A stretch of DNA of 63,877 nucleotides, the filler included, from Octopus bimaculoides (lineage: Eukaryota): assembly GCF_001194135.2 (NCBI RefSeq). It is 9 parts of 8 records of this genome, joined end to end, with 100 filler letters (N's around TTAATTAATTAA, not from the genome) between each part and the next. Parts side by side here need not be neighbours in the genome. Positions count along the whole stretch, not along the records: positions 4,115 to 19,382 come from NC_068985.1; positions 19,483 to 30,736 come from NC_068982.1; 7 more parts are not named here. One strand, given 5' to 3'. A model generated the notes under the pieces. That model was not told the DNA's origin and made no database searches. It saw only the letters and a program-made list of their open reading frames with translations. Positions 13,392 to 25,485 of this stretch are shown piece after piece (position 1 is the stretch's first letter; the number at the start of each line of letters is the position of its first letter). A program made the translations under genes and the position numbers.

Positions 13392-13596
13392 AACGAGCTA
13401 GCAGAATCGTTAGCACACTGGGCAAAATGCTTAGTGGCATTTCGTTTTGTCTTTACGTTTTGAGTTAAAATTCTGCCTTCTCCCTTCATCCTTTCGGAAT
13501 TGATAAAATAAATGCCTGTTGAACATGATCGCTGTAATCGACTAGGTCCTTCCCCACAAATTTCAAGCTCTATGCCTACAGCAGAAAGAATTATTA
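13392..13596 (+). mobile_element. SINE family B
   Basis: caacgagctagcagaatcgttagcacactgggcaaaatgcttag...cctttcggaattgataaaat. Confidence 0.8.
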
Positions 13597-13740
13597 AAGT
13601 TATGTCTATGCAACATTACATATTAGTCCCTAACTCAACACCATACATCAATGTTATGCCTTTGTAACATCATATATTACTGGCCAACACAGCACCACAC
13701 ATTAATGTTATGTCTATCTGTAACATGATACATTACTGCC
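13597..13740. repeat. Degenerate ~53-bp minisatellite, about 2.7 units
   Basis: a(a)(a/t)gttatg(t/c)ct...aacat...tatta at 13597, 13650 and 13704; partial unit at ~13347-13378. Confidence 0.65.
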
Positions 13741-14389
13741 GTAGTTTGACTGCAAACCGATTCAGCGACGCAGGTTCGATAAGCCATCCTATTTGCCCTA
13801 TTCTTTATAGTTGCAATTTTTGCTCGAAGTCAACACCCTGATCCTTGTGGACCAGATAAACTTTGCTGTTTGTCACACAATAGAAGAAGGGAATTTTCTG
13901 TGATGATCCAACGACCTATTTAAATTTATGATACCGTTTTAATGTCAAAGAACCGCTAACTAACGAGAGGATAAAGTGCCAATATAAATTTGTCGGACAA
14001 AAGACCACCGGTTCGAGTCCTATTGCCAATACTACCACATATTTTGGGGAAAGACATTTGATTCTCAACAACCCAGTCTACTTAGCTGCAAATAGGTATT
14101 ACAGGAATGTAAAAACTCAAAATCAGTCAAAGCTTTCAAATATGTGATCTGGTGTAAATTTGGCAACTAGTATTCGAGAAAATATATACAGAACATGTGT
14201 GAAGCATATGTGAAAGTGCATGGCCTAGTACTTAGCGTGTTGGACTCACGACTGTTAGACCGTCGGTTCGATTTCCGCAGCGCGCGGCACAAATATATCC
14301 CTGAACGAAACATTAATTTCACTTTGCTCCCGCTGAAAATGAATAATAATGGCATCCTCCAGTGGAGAGGGTTGGTCACCCTTTGACGT

Positions 14390-14974
14390 ACTGACGTCCT
14401 GGACGCGAAATTTTTTTCCCACGAGAATTCCGGACCCCCAGTTATGAACTCATTTGCATACAGCCAATCAGAGCTCAACTATCAAACTGATTCATGAGCA
14501 CATAACAAGTGATGGGCGATAAGCTAAGGTCACTTGGGTAAGGAAAGACCATGCTTCTTTTCTGTTTTAATAATGCTTGTTGTTCTTGTTCTTGTTTCAC
14601 CCATGACTGCCTCTGCGTAGTTATTTGTGTTGTTATTTACTTTTTAAAACGGTAAGGGGAAAGGGTTGCTAGCACATCATCCTCTACCCATATTTTTCCC
14701 ATCCACATCTTTACCATATGTGACCCTAACGAAATCCGATAATAGATATAGATGCAAATCTATTTAATAACTAGTCTCCTTCTAAAATCAGGCATAACTT
14801 GGCGATCGGTCGATATACAAAAACATTCTTCGTCTTGAGTTTACTTGGTAGAGTGCGTTTGTTAACTTGACAACAAGGTCAAGGTGAGCTCTGGTTGGCT
14901 GTATGCAAATTAGTTCATTACTGGAGTTCGGAACTCTCGTGGGAAAAAATTTCGCGTCCAAGACAGGACGCAGT
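14390..14974. mobile_element. MITE with ~85-bp terminal inverted repeats, superfamily unassigned
   Basis: 14390-14477 (…tggacgcgaaatttttttcccacgaga…atttgcatacagccaatcagagctca) is the near reverse complement of 14885-14974. Confidence 0.8.
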
Positions 14975-15951
14975 TTTGTGCTCTCAGCGTAAACACCTTC
15001 AAAAATTCAGATAAACCTCGGTTAATGGATAATTCATATGAAGTTTATCTCACTTGAGGCAGATTATAGAGCAGCAAATGAAGGAATTACTTCTCTAGAG
15101 GAATATATTTGCAAAATGCTCCAAGTTAATTTTGTTAGCAGCATGTCTTCATTGGGAGACAGTCTCTGCATATAGACTAATACAGTGCTTTTCATTGATG
15201 GGAACTGTGGGAATTAAAGGGGATCTGATAAATTTCTGTTTAATAAAATTAAGATATTTTAATGTTTAAAAACTTGCCCAACTCTATTGTTTTCTTTACA
15301 TAATATATTATTGACCATTGACAAGGAGTTAGTGAATCCAGTACCAAAGATTACACTTACAGCTTCATACTTCTTATTATTGGATTAACGGGATACGTAC
15401 TAACTCACCAGGAACAATAAAAATCTGCAAGACCTTCTTAAGATTTTAAGAATAATGAACAAAATAGGATGCTTTCTTTCACAACCTTGCTACCATGCAG
15501 GTACCTGTTCTAAATTAACTTTAAATTAAAAAGAAAAAAAATCATATATACGTACATGCGTACATACATACATGCCCACTTTCTGTATTGTATATTTATT
15601 TATTCTTCGTTTGTTTGTTCACTTTCTGTCATATTTAGTTCTTTGTTCGTTGGCTTGCCATATCCCGGCGGCTTCTAGCTGCTGGTGCCACAAGGGGAAT
15701 AATATTGTTGTCGAAGGCGCGAAATTGCGTTTGACCCTCTGGCCGATAACTGATGAAGATTTGACGACCTTCTGTGTCTGTTTCCGTTTGTTTGTGCATT
15801 TATTTATGTTTTTTTTTAATTTATAATAGTCTAGTCTGGTAAATTTGTCAGTACCCAGTTACGATGGAACTAATTATTAAACACAAAGTATGAAATAAAT
15901 TGATTTATTCGTGTTCTTAAAACATGGCCGTCATTGTTTCATTGAAATGAA

Positions 15952-16026
15952 TGTTCGCCAAGCATCATTAGAGAAGTTAAATTTCTGTCTCCAAAATACA
16001 ACTTCTCTGATGATGCTTAATGAACA
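15952..16026 (+). ncRNA. Pre-miRNA-like hairpin (candidate only)
   Basis: 19-bp stem 15960-15978/16000-16018 with one G-U pair, 21-nt loop, 3x3 internal loop, further 5-bp basal stem tgttc/gaaca. Confidence 0.25.
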
Positions 16027-16097
16027 GTCGCTTTGCTGAAAGGTAGGTGGCCACACAAACACATAGACACATACACACTCACTCTCTCCCCCTCTCT

Positions 16098-16171
<74 letters not shown>

Positions 16172-16437
16172 CCTCTCACGCACGAACACACAAAATATGT
16201 AGCTAGACTTTAGTAAAACAACTGTCACTTTTGTTTCCAGAGAAAGACACCAACCGACAATAATAAATTAATAGAATTTTTCACCTATACCATGATTAAG
16301 AAAGGAAAAAATTATACCGATGCAAACTCTGTTTTTAACTTCTTAATGAAGTACACGTGTATGTGTATGCATGTACATACAGATATACATATACATACAT
16401 ACATACATACATACACAGACACACACACACACACACA

Positions 16438-16694
16438 TATATATATACACACACACATATATATGCATGTACACACACATACACACGCACACACACATAC
16501 ACCTATACATACACACACACACACACGCACATATATATACACACACATATATATATATATGCATGTACACACACATACACACGCACACACACATACACCT
16601 ATACATACACACACACACACACGCACATATATATACACACACATATATATATATATGCATGTACACACACATACACACGCACACACACATACAC
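16438..16694. repeat. 96-bp higher-order tandem repeat built from CA/TA microsatellite
   Basis: gcatgtacac recurs at 16465, 16561 and 16657. Confidence 0.85.
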
Positions 16695-18559
16695 NNNNNN
16701 NNNNNNNNNNNNNNNNNNNNNNNNNNNNNNNNNNNNNNNNNNNNNNNNNNNNNNNNNNNNNNNNNNNNNNNNNNNNNNNNNNNNNNNNNNNNNNNNNNNN
16801 NNNNNNNNNNNNNNNNNNNNNNNNNNNNNNNNNNNNNNNNNNNNNNNNNNNNNNNNNNNNNNNNNNNNNNNNNNNNNNNNNNNNNNNNNNNNNNNNNNNN
16901 NNNNNNNNNNNNNNNNNNNNNNNNNNNNNNNNNNNNNNNNNNNNNNNNNNNNNNNNNNNNNNNNNNNNNNNNNNNNNNNNNNNNNNNNNNNNNNNNNNNN
17001 NNNNNNNNNNNNNNNNNNNNNNNNNNNNNNNNNNNNNNNNNNNNNNNNNNNNNNNNNNNNNNNNNNNNNNNNNNNNNNNNNNNNNNNNNNNNNNNNNNNN
17101 NNNNNNNNNNNNNNNNNNNNNNNNNNNNNNNNNNNNNNNNNNNNNNNNNNNNNNNNNNNNNNNNNNNNNNNNNNNNNATATATATATATATATATATATA
17201 AACTAAATATATGCACATCCATACATAGAATGAAAGAGAGAGCTAAAGAAAAAAACAGTGTCGCAGCTGGGCGGGTTAGTAGGGTGCTGGACTATCATCC
17301 AAAGCACTAGTGCTTCGTACCTTGCCATTGATAATAGTCCATCGAGATTGTTGAACACCCAGCCTGATAGATGTAGATTCGCCACTGCTGTGAGTGGTAG
17401 AAACCCGCTACAATTAATGACGCGCATTTTGCTAGCTTACGGCATTCATTTCTTCCCCATCCGTGGAGATATCTTAGCGATTAATCCAGTCATCTTCGAG
17501 CCATGGCCATATATGATTTTCTACTAGATATACTCCATAGCAGACAAATTAAGTAGCCGTACTTCTTTGGAGCTGAAATGGTTAAGGGAGTTCACCAACA
17601 TCATCACTATAAATAGAACAATAGCGAACAATCTATATGTTACAACATACGGCGTAGCTAAAGTTCTCCGGTAGCTGCTGGATGCTGGAAAACCACAAGA
17701 TGATATGGGGGAACTTCGCTTGTTGAATACTAAAGTATTTTTGGTTTCAAGCAAGAACTGAACATTCTATCATGAATGAATCACAGAAAACTTGAAAAAG
17801 AAGGTGGTGATTGTGGTGGTGCTGCTGCTGGCAGCAGCGGCGGCGTTAGTGGTGGTAGGGTTGTTTTCAATTTTTCAGCCCTGACATCAACTTAGTATTT
17901 ATTTCTCAGCAGCATTCCATATCGATTTGTTTATTCATGTCGTTGTAGCTTTTTATGGGTATGTGATATACGTTGTTAGATTCCAAGATGTAAATTGCCA
18001 TTATACCATATGTTAAATTATGTATTCTAGATAGTGAAACACTTATGCGTTAACTGTGGATAACAGGCGAAGACATGGTCGTGTGGTCATAAAAGCTCGC
18101 TTTGAAAGCATATGGTTTTGATATCGGTCCCATTGCACGGCATTTTGGGCTAGTGTCTTCTACTATAGCCCCAGGCCGACCAAGGTGTTGTGAGTGAGCT
18201 TGAAAGAAGGAAACTGTGTGGATAGCCCACTGTATATATATACTAATTACTGGTGAAGGCCGGTTTGTAGGGTTACCTTGGGTTTCTCGCCATAAAGGGT
18301 ACCTTCATAGTGTATCTTCAGATCCTAAGACCTGAACGCATATGGCCTCTTTAAAATATGGAGGGAGAAACGATAAATGTAAACAGAGAGGATTATCTAA
18401 CTTTGGTGCTGGTCATTGGTTTCCGGCTGTGTCGTTCTCCTTCAGTCACACCACCTGTCGGTTATGAGGGTAAAAGCAATCAATTTCCAGCTGTGGTGTA
18501 TACACACACTCACATACACACACACATACACACACATACACACACACACACATATATAT

Positions 18560-19330
18560 ATATGTGTGTTCAGAAGTATGGAGAATGGGTTCCGCATGCT
18601 TTAAGTGACAACAAAAATCAACGAGCCACAATCTCCGCTGGTTTGCTTGCTTGTCACCGCTCAACTCATGGACACAAGCAACGATTTCTTTACCGAATCG
18701 TTACTGGCGACAAAAAATGGTGCCTGTACATCAATATGAAGCAGCTTAGCCCCGGTAAACAAGCGACACCACAAGTGAAACAAGATCTTCATCCGTATAA
18801 AACGATGTTGTGCGTACGGATGGGACTGGGAAGGGATTATCCATTACGAATTGCTTGAACGGAACCAAACGGTCAACGTGGAACTCTAATGTTCAAGGGA
18901 TGGAACGATTCAACACGGTTATTCAAGAGAAAAGACCTAATCGGCAGCATGGAGTTCTGCTGTACGACAACGCCCGCCCTCATATCGCCAATATGACCAA
19001 GGAAGCCATTAAAACACATGGCTGGGAAGTGCTGCTACTCCCGCCGTACTCCCCTGATTTGGCACCAACGGATATCCACCTCTTTCGATCTCTTTTAAAT
19101 GCTATGCGCGGAGTTTAGTTCAATTCTGATGCAGAATTGAGAGCTTGGTTGGATCAATTTTTCGAGTCGAAATCGGGTGATTTCTACCAACGAGGTATTG
19201 AAAATCTCGTTGGGAAGGAGTTGTAAACAACAAGGGTGAATACATTATTGATTAATTAGTTATTATCTTTTATTAAACCTTTTAAAAATTTAAATTTTTA
19301 AAAACGGCGGGAACTTAGTTGCCAACCTAA
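18560..19330 (+). pseudogene. mariner transposase pseudogene, 3' two-thirds with right TIR
   Basis: WVPHAL, VTGDKKW, YDNARPH, PYSPDLAPTDIHLFRSL motifs; ends acttagttgccaacctaa followed by TA. Confidence 0.93.
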
Positions 19331-19482
19331 TACAATCACCTCTACTTCTCTCACCACAGCCCACAGTAATCTTAAATTCAGTNNNNNNNNNNNNNNNNNN
19401 NNNNNNNNNNNNNNNNNNNNNNNNNNTTAATTAATTAANNNNNNNNNNNNNNNNNNNNNNNNNNNNNNNNNNNNNNNNNNNN

Positions 19483-19968
19483 GAACAGTTTTTGTGGAAA
19501 ATGGGTTATCGAGGTGATCGTTAAGCTCTGCAGTAATTTTGGGGGCTGTAATTTTGCGATCCTTTCTAACAATTCGCGTAAGAGCCCGACAGTCCCTCTC
19601 TGAAAGTTTTGGTTTTCTTCCGGAGTTTTGTTTCGACGAGGAGGTTTTTCCCTCTTTCTCAAAGGCTGTCATTACTTTCGAGACAGTACTTCTTGATACA
19701 CCAAACATTTCGGCTGTTTTCGTCACGCTAGCGCCTGCCATACGAGTACCAACAATTTGACGTCTTCGAAAGTCCAATAGATCTGTCATTCTAATGAATA
19801 TTAATTACGTTTTTCAGATGATATCTGAAAAGAAACAACAATTTTAGCAAAACATATTCAGCAACACTAATAATAAATTTAAAAAAAACATAAAATAAAC
19901 AAGTTTTTGACGGTTTTGTAGATGTTTCAAAATGATGATGCTATGATCCATATTTTGTTCAACCCCAG
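19483..19968 (-). mobile_element. Tc1-family transposon, 5' end with paired-like HTH coding region
   Basis: MTDLLDFRRRQIVGTRMAGASVTKTAEMFGVSRSTVSKV...SGRKPKLSERD; terminus TA-ctggggttgaacaaaa; cut by a scaffold gap. Confidence 0.9.
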
Positions 19969-20301
19969 TATATGTATGAATATTTCTCTGTGCCGTTCAT
20001 AATTTTTTATACTATCCTTATTTCTTTTTACCTTATATATAAAATTTTCCTGGTCTCCTCATATATATGTATATATATAAGAAAAAATAATAAGGTACTC
20101 AGATATCTGGATGGTTGTACATTTACAGATTTTTATTAATATGTCACATGTTTTTATAAATTAGCGCTTGCATCTATTCTTGTAGATTCTCCAGATTTAA
20201 TTTTTCTTCAGAGGATTTGTCTCTTTTTATAGTATTATTGAATGTGTGGGGGTGGAGAGAGACATATAGGATAGTAAAAGAGGGTGATGAATGGGGGGAA
20301 A

Positions 20302-20339
<38 letters not shown>

Positions 20340-20499
20340 TGTGTGTGTGTGTGTGTTTTATTGTAAACTAATAAAATTTTCCAATAGATTCATAATATTT
20401 GGAAATATTATAGTGAATATTCCTAAAGTGGGGATCTCTTACAGTAATTCCTTTGCCTTACAATACAATTTAAATTTTTCTAAAATATATTTGTTTAAG

Positions 20500-21459
20500 A
20501 AATAGAACTCTGTTTTTAAGATCTTTTGATGACTTTTTGTGATTCTGTTATTGAAAATGTTCAACTGCTCGGGGCAAATCTCTTTGATTACTGAGCTGCC
20601 AAATCCCAAGAGAGCAAGAATCAAATGCAGCAACTGAAACGTTTGTTCAAGACCATAGTAAATACAATCGCTGGCCCCAAAGAAGACAAGCATTCTGTAA
20701 TGGTGTTTGGCATCAGACTAAAATGGTGTTTGGAGAATTCAGGTAAAATTCAAATGCTTAAATTTTTTCAGGATAGATATTCATTGTTCTTGAACTTGTC
20801 TTGAATATCATTCATAAAAGTCAATGTTATTCGTTGCTTTATCAAGTGTAAAGCATATGTTTTAGTTACCAGATTTATTTGGTGGATCATCATTAATGTC
20901 TTTTGCCATAAACATTCCATGCAAAGAAGCAGAAAGATATAACTTTAAAGTTTTTCAACTGTTCTAAAGTAAATAACTGCTCCTTTGCATGACTTGATAC
21001 AGTCAACACCAATTAGATGGAGTAAATACTATTTGAAGTAAGCATCTACATTGTAGTAGAACCATTCCATTCATTCAAAAACAAAAAAAAAAACTGTTAA
21101 ATTCTTATTTAATTTGGCGAAATATTGCATTTGCTCGGTATTAACAATGATTCTTATGTGAAATTTTAACATGATTCTTATGTGAAGCTAAGTCACAATA
21201 GAAACATTGATGTCTTGCTGCTCTTCCTATTCACGTGAATTACCTAATAACTTTTATTAGTGAATTATTTAATAGTTTTTTCGTCCCTTCCTTGCTCCAC
21301 TTTCAAATTTCCTCTTCATAAACTTGGGTATGGTCACTTGCAAAACAAAATATAAATAAAGCGATTGCAACGTGGATGACACATAGCCGTTCAAGAACAC
21401 ACAAAAACTTATTATTTGGTGTCAAAATTTTCCTTTCACTAACTGCAATCTGGTCCCTG
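20500..21459 (-). pseudogene. Highly degraded hAT element 5' part (TTF-type zinc-finger transposase N-terminus)
   Basis: hAT-like terminus cagggaccagatt at 21459; MKRKFESGARKGRK start at 21319; fragments FSKHHF, RMLVFFGASDCIYY and KSHQK resemble the ZnF_TTF region; many stops. Confidence 0.45.
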
Positions 21460-22646
21460 ATACCAAGCAATAATTGTCATTTTGAAAGCAAATAACAAAT
21501 GGTTGAGTGAAGTGGATAGCATTTACCTGTTTTCGAATGACTAACATGTACCTTCAATGCTGTAATTGTTTTAATTTCAATATACGAAAATATAGACAAG
21601 TTCCCCTTTTCGTTTATTTTTGTTGTAATAATCGTATATTATAAAACAGGAATCATTTTTTTACATGGAATAAATATTACAAAGAAAGTTGCTTTTTAAA
21701 AATTTGCTTTGACATATAAAAGTTTTAGCTTTATAAAAATCGATTACTCGGTTAATAAAACTATTTTGAAAATTCCAAATGATTGTTAACCGATTATATA
21801 TTTCCGATTAATTTTATGCAACGTGGTATGCGAGATTGCAGCACAAAACTAAGCAGAGGAATCTAATACACACACACACATCTAAACTAATGGAAGCGTT
21901 AACTCGTTAAGATATTTCTCCAACATATACGTGCCTTAGAAGAGAGACAGGCAAGCGTATTGCGTCGATATCTCAAACGGTTCTGTGAAAAAAAAACAAA
22001 CAAAAAACAGTGATAGTTTGATTTTCGTCTTTTAAAGTCAAAATGGCTACCTGGTTGCTGGGTTCAGATTGGTCCAAATAAAACACGTGACAAACTGGAG
22101 AAACAAAAACAAATTGTCACCTGTCGCTACAAATATCTGGGTTATAAGGTGAAAATAGCAGTGAAACCGTTTTAGAAACTGTAACCTATGCCAAATAACC
22201 CTTTTTGAACCTCTCCTCTCTTGATAGACTTTGCTTTTACCACAGCATGTTGTTCTGTGTAACACAAAAGTGACAGAAGTACTGAAAATGACACTGGTTG
22301 GTGGGTCATTGTCATTATTGTTCTGTAATATAGAGGTGGTGGTGGTGGTAGGCGCGGAGGTGACGAATACCGGTAGGTAATCTGGAGGGGTCAGCATGGA
22401 TTTTAATGGATTCCATTCTGGAACCAGATTAATATTATATACCGAATTCAGTGCCAAGAAAAAGATTATAAGGATAAATACAATAGAAAAGCAAATCATA
22501 AAATAGTTTCAATAGATTTGAAGTTAAGCGAACGAAAGTGATTATACTGGTGGTGTAGGACAGAAAGCTGGATGGTATGTGGTAGTGAGAGCCGCTTGAG
22601 GGCTTTCTGTTCTATGGAGCTTAAGAAAGATAGATAGATAAATAGT

Positions 22647-22649
<3 letters not shown>

Positions 22650-22732
<83 letters not shown>
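22650..22732. repeat. (GA)n microsatellite
   Basis: Directly visible. Confidence 0.97.
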
Positions 22733-22734
<2 letters not shown>

Positions 22735-24187
22735 TTGGCGAGAGATACAGATAGATAGTTAATATTTTCTCTAGCAAAGAAAGAGAGAAATATCAGGAGA
22801 TTAACGGTTACATATAAAGCACATCACCCACGGAGGTTGAAGCTTTTTGAAAGTAGAACAGTATTATAAAATATTTACTATAGGGCTATAGAAAAAGAAA
22901 GAAAAAAAACTAGTAAAAACCTTTCACTCTACACAACAACAAAAAGTTTTTCGTACACCAGAAAATGTACTTGCTGTCTACATATAAGAACGATGGTTCT
23001 TAATGAGCTATGAACGGTGGATTCGACGTCTGTACATGACGAAACGTATCAACTCAGAAACACGTGTCCTACAGTCCGATGATATAATTCGTAATATAGC
23101 TTTGTGTGTTTTCACACACATTGTCTCTAAGGAGATTTTCTCTTCCTTTACAGTTATCGCAGCGAAGATCTTTGCACGTTTGAATCTACACAAACGTGTT
23201 AAATATAGATGTACACAATTTTAATCATATACCTTTGTTTCTACTTGTCCACACATAACATAGTTGCTGCTGTGTAAGCTACTTGGAAACTAGGTAAATT
23301 ATGTAGAACCAAAAAAAGTGATATTTTGTTTTAGAAATTAGAGAAGTGAAACCTAATCACTCGTGCATATGATTAGGAGTGGATGAAACTGGTTAGATGC
23401 AACATAGAGAAATAAATTAATGAAAACATTGGAGAAGTGTGTTGCAGAAGAATCAGATTAATATTATAAACCGAATTCAGTGCCAAGAATAAGATTATAG
23501 GGATAAATAAAATAGGAAAGTCAGTCATAAATTAGTTTTAATAGATTTGAAGTTAAGCGAACTAAATAAATTAGATAAGAAAGTATTCCAATCGCTTCTT
23601 TTGTAAGTTAATGTAGATGTTAGAGTACAGTATATACATACCCTGCACATAAGAAGAAGAGAAGCTGAGACTAATTGAAAATTATTACAAAGTAACCAGT
23701 TTATCTAGAAAAACATACTTAGATACTTAGGCTTAAGTAAGCAAAGATAAAGTGATTATAGTGATAAATCAGTATAAAAAATTTGTTTCGTCTATGGATA
23801 AGAATACAATAATGTAGAGACAAAGTTAATGACTGTATTGTCAGATAAATTCGTTCGTCCTCTCGCCCATCGTCTATTTGAATTCTTTCCAATGTTATTT
23901 GAATTAACACGAAAATATTTTTTATTGTAGGATTTTATGGGTTTTTTTTTGTACTTCTATTTTCCCTCTACAACTTTTGTTTATTGTCTTTGAAATTTGA
24001 ATAAATCTTTGCTCCCTTTTCAGACATATGACGAAGGAGCGCCAAGTAGAAAAGAAATGAACAAATTTATTTGATGATTAATATATGGAAAGACGATTAA
24101 TATATGGAAAGATAAGGACAAAACAACAGAAAAGACGAAAGGATACATTTAGAATAGAGAGGAAAACGTACCAATGATGTAAGGCTG

Positions 24188-24218
<31 letters not shown>

Positions 24219-24282
24219 AGAGAGAGAGAAAGAGGGAGAGAGATGGAGAGAGAGAGAGAAAGGCAGCATGAAAATTCAATCC

Positions 24283-24630
24283 CACTGCATGGCACCTTGA
24301 GCAAGTGTCAATTACTATCGCACTAGGCAGATCAGTGCCTTGTGAGGGGTGAAAACTGAGTTGAAGGCCACCGTGAATATAGATGTGTATGTGTGTGTGT
24401 TTGGGTGTGGGTGTGTTTGTGTGTGTTCGTCATACATATAGTATAACACCGCTTGACAACCGATATTAGTTTGGTTACTTGTTTACGTCCGTGTAAACTA
24501 GCGGTTCAGCAAAAGCGACCGATAGAATAACTACCAGACTTAAAAAGAAATAAGTACTGAGGTCGATTTGTTCGAGTAAACACTTCAAAGCGGCGTCTTA
24601 GTATGGCCGCAGTCCAATGACTAAAACCTG
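24283..24630 (+). mobile_element. SINE family A, diverged
   Basis: ttcaatcccactgcatggcaccttgagcaagtgtc...cgcttgacaaccgat...cgaccgatagaataa...aaagcggcgtcttagtatggccgcagtccaatgact. Confidence 0.75.
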
Positions 24631-24977
24631 TAGAAGATAATAGATTCGATAAAGCTCCACATTAAAGGCAGAAACAAACGTTAGCTTTGATTTTTAGCAG
24701 CACAAAATGATGAATGCTTAACCAGAAAAATATCAATATAACAACAGAAGTTACCGTAAAGTCTAGACTTCGTAATCAACATAAGGTACATTTTTCAGGG
24801 CTACATTATACCATAGTCCATATAACATTTCTTTGAGATGTGAAGGGCAAGTAACTATTATTTCAAGCAGAATGAGCGACTACATAGGAGCTGTATCATT
24901 GTTACCTTATTCGTTTGAAGATTTTTCTCATTTGGTTCTAGAAGTTTCTGCGTCATAGCTACCGCCTCTAGTGGTAA

Positions 24978-25128
24978 CAATGACGTAACATATCATGGGG
25001 GTTGCCAGCAAACGGGGGAAGGCCGACATTGCGGACAGGGTGCTCAAATTTTTATTTGTCTTTGCACTCCTACGAATTTTGAACCCAGGGGCAACCCATC
25101 TCTGTGGCCCATCCACGTTACGTCACTG
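24978..25128. mobile_element. hAT-type MITE
   Basis: TIRs caatgacgtaac / gttacgtcactg; 8-bp flanks agtggtaa / tgtggaag match 5 of 8. Confidence 0.55.
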
Positions 25129-25409
25129 TGTGGAAGCAACAGTGAAAGTTAACGAAGTATATTCGATCCGGATACGACAGTTTCGGTTCTTTTATCTCTG
25201 GTGATGGATCGAACGCGGTCATTAAAGCTAATTAGCTTTTGATGCTGATGTTATTTTTCTGGGTACGCATTTTCTTTTGTGTCTGAACAAGACAGAAGAC
25301 ACAGTAGATTTTATTGTAAATGACGTTATAGAAGTGCTGTAGAGTGACGTATATGTGTGACAAAGACTGTGTGTATGTGACTTTCACTCCCACCCCACAC
25401 ACATACACA

Positions 25410-25485
<76 letters not shown>

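Noticed and set aside
15355-15503. Minus-strand acceptor (15504) and two strong donors (GTGAGT 15409, GTAAGT 15360)
   Set aside because: There are stops in all three frames and such hexamers are common by chance; it needs RNA evidence.
22417-22428. tctggttccaga (minus strand), a partial match to the Tx1 junction motif
   Set aside because: There is no insertion here, and a match of this length is plausible by chance in 64 kb.
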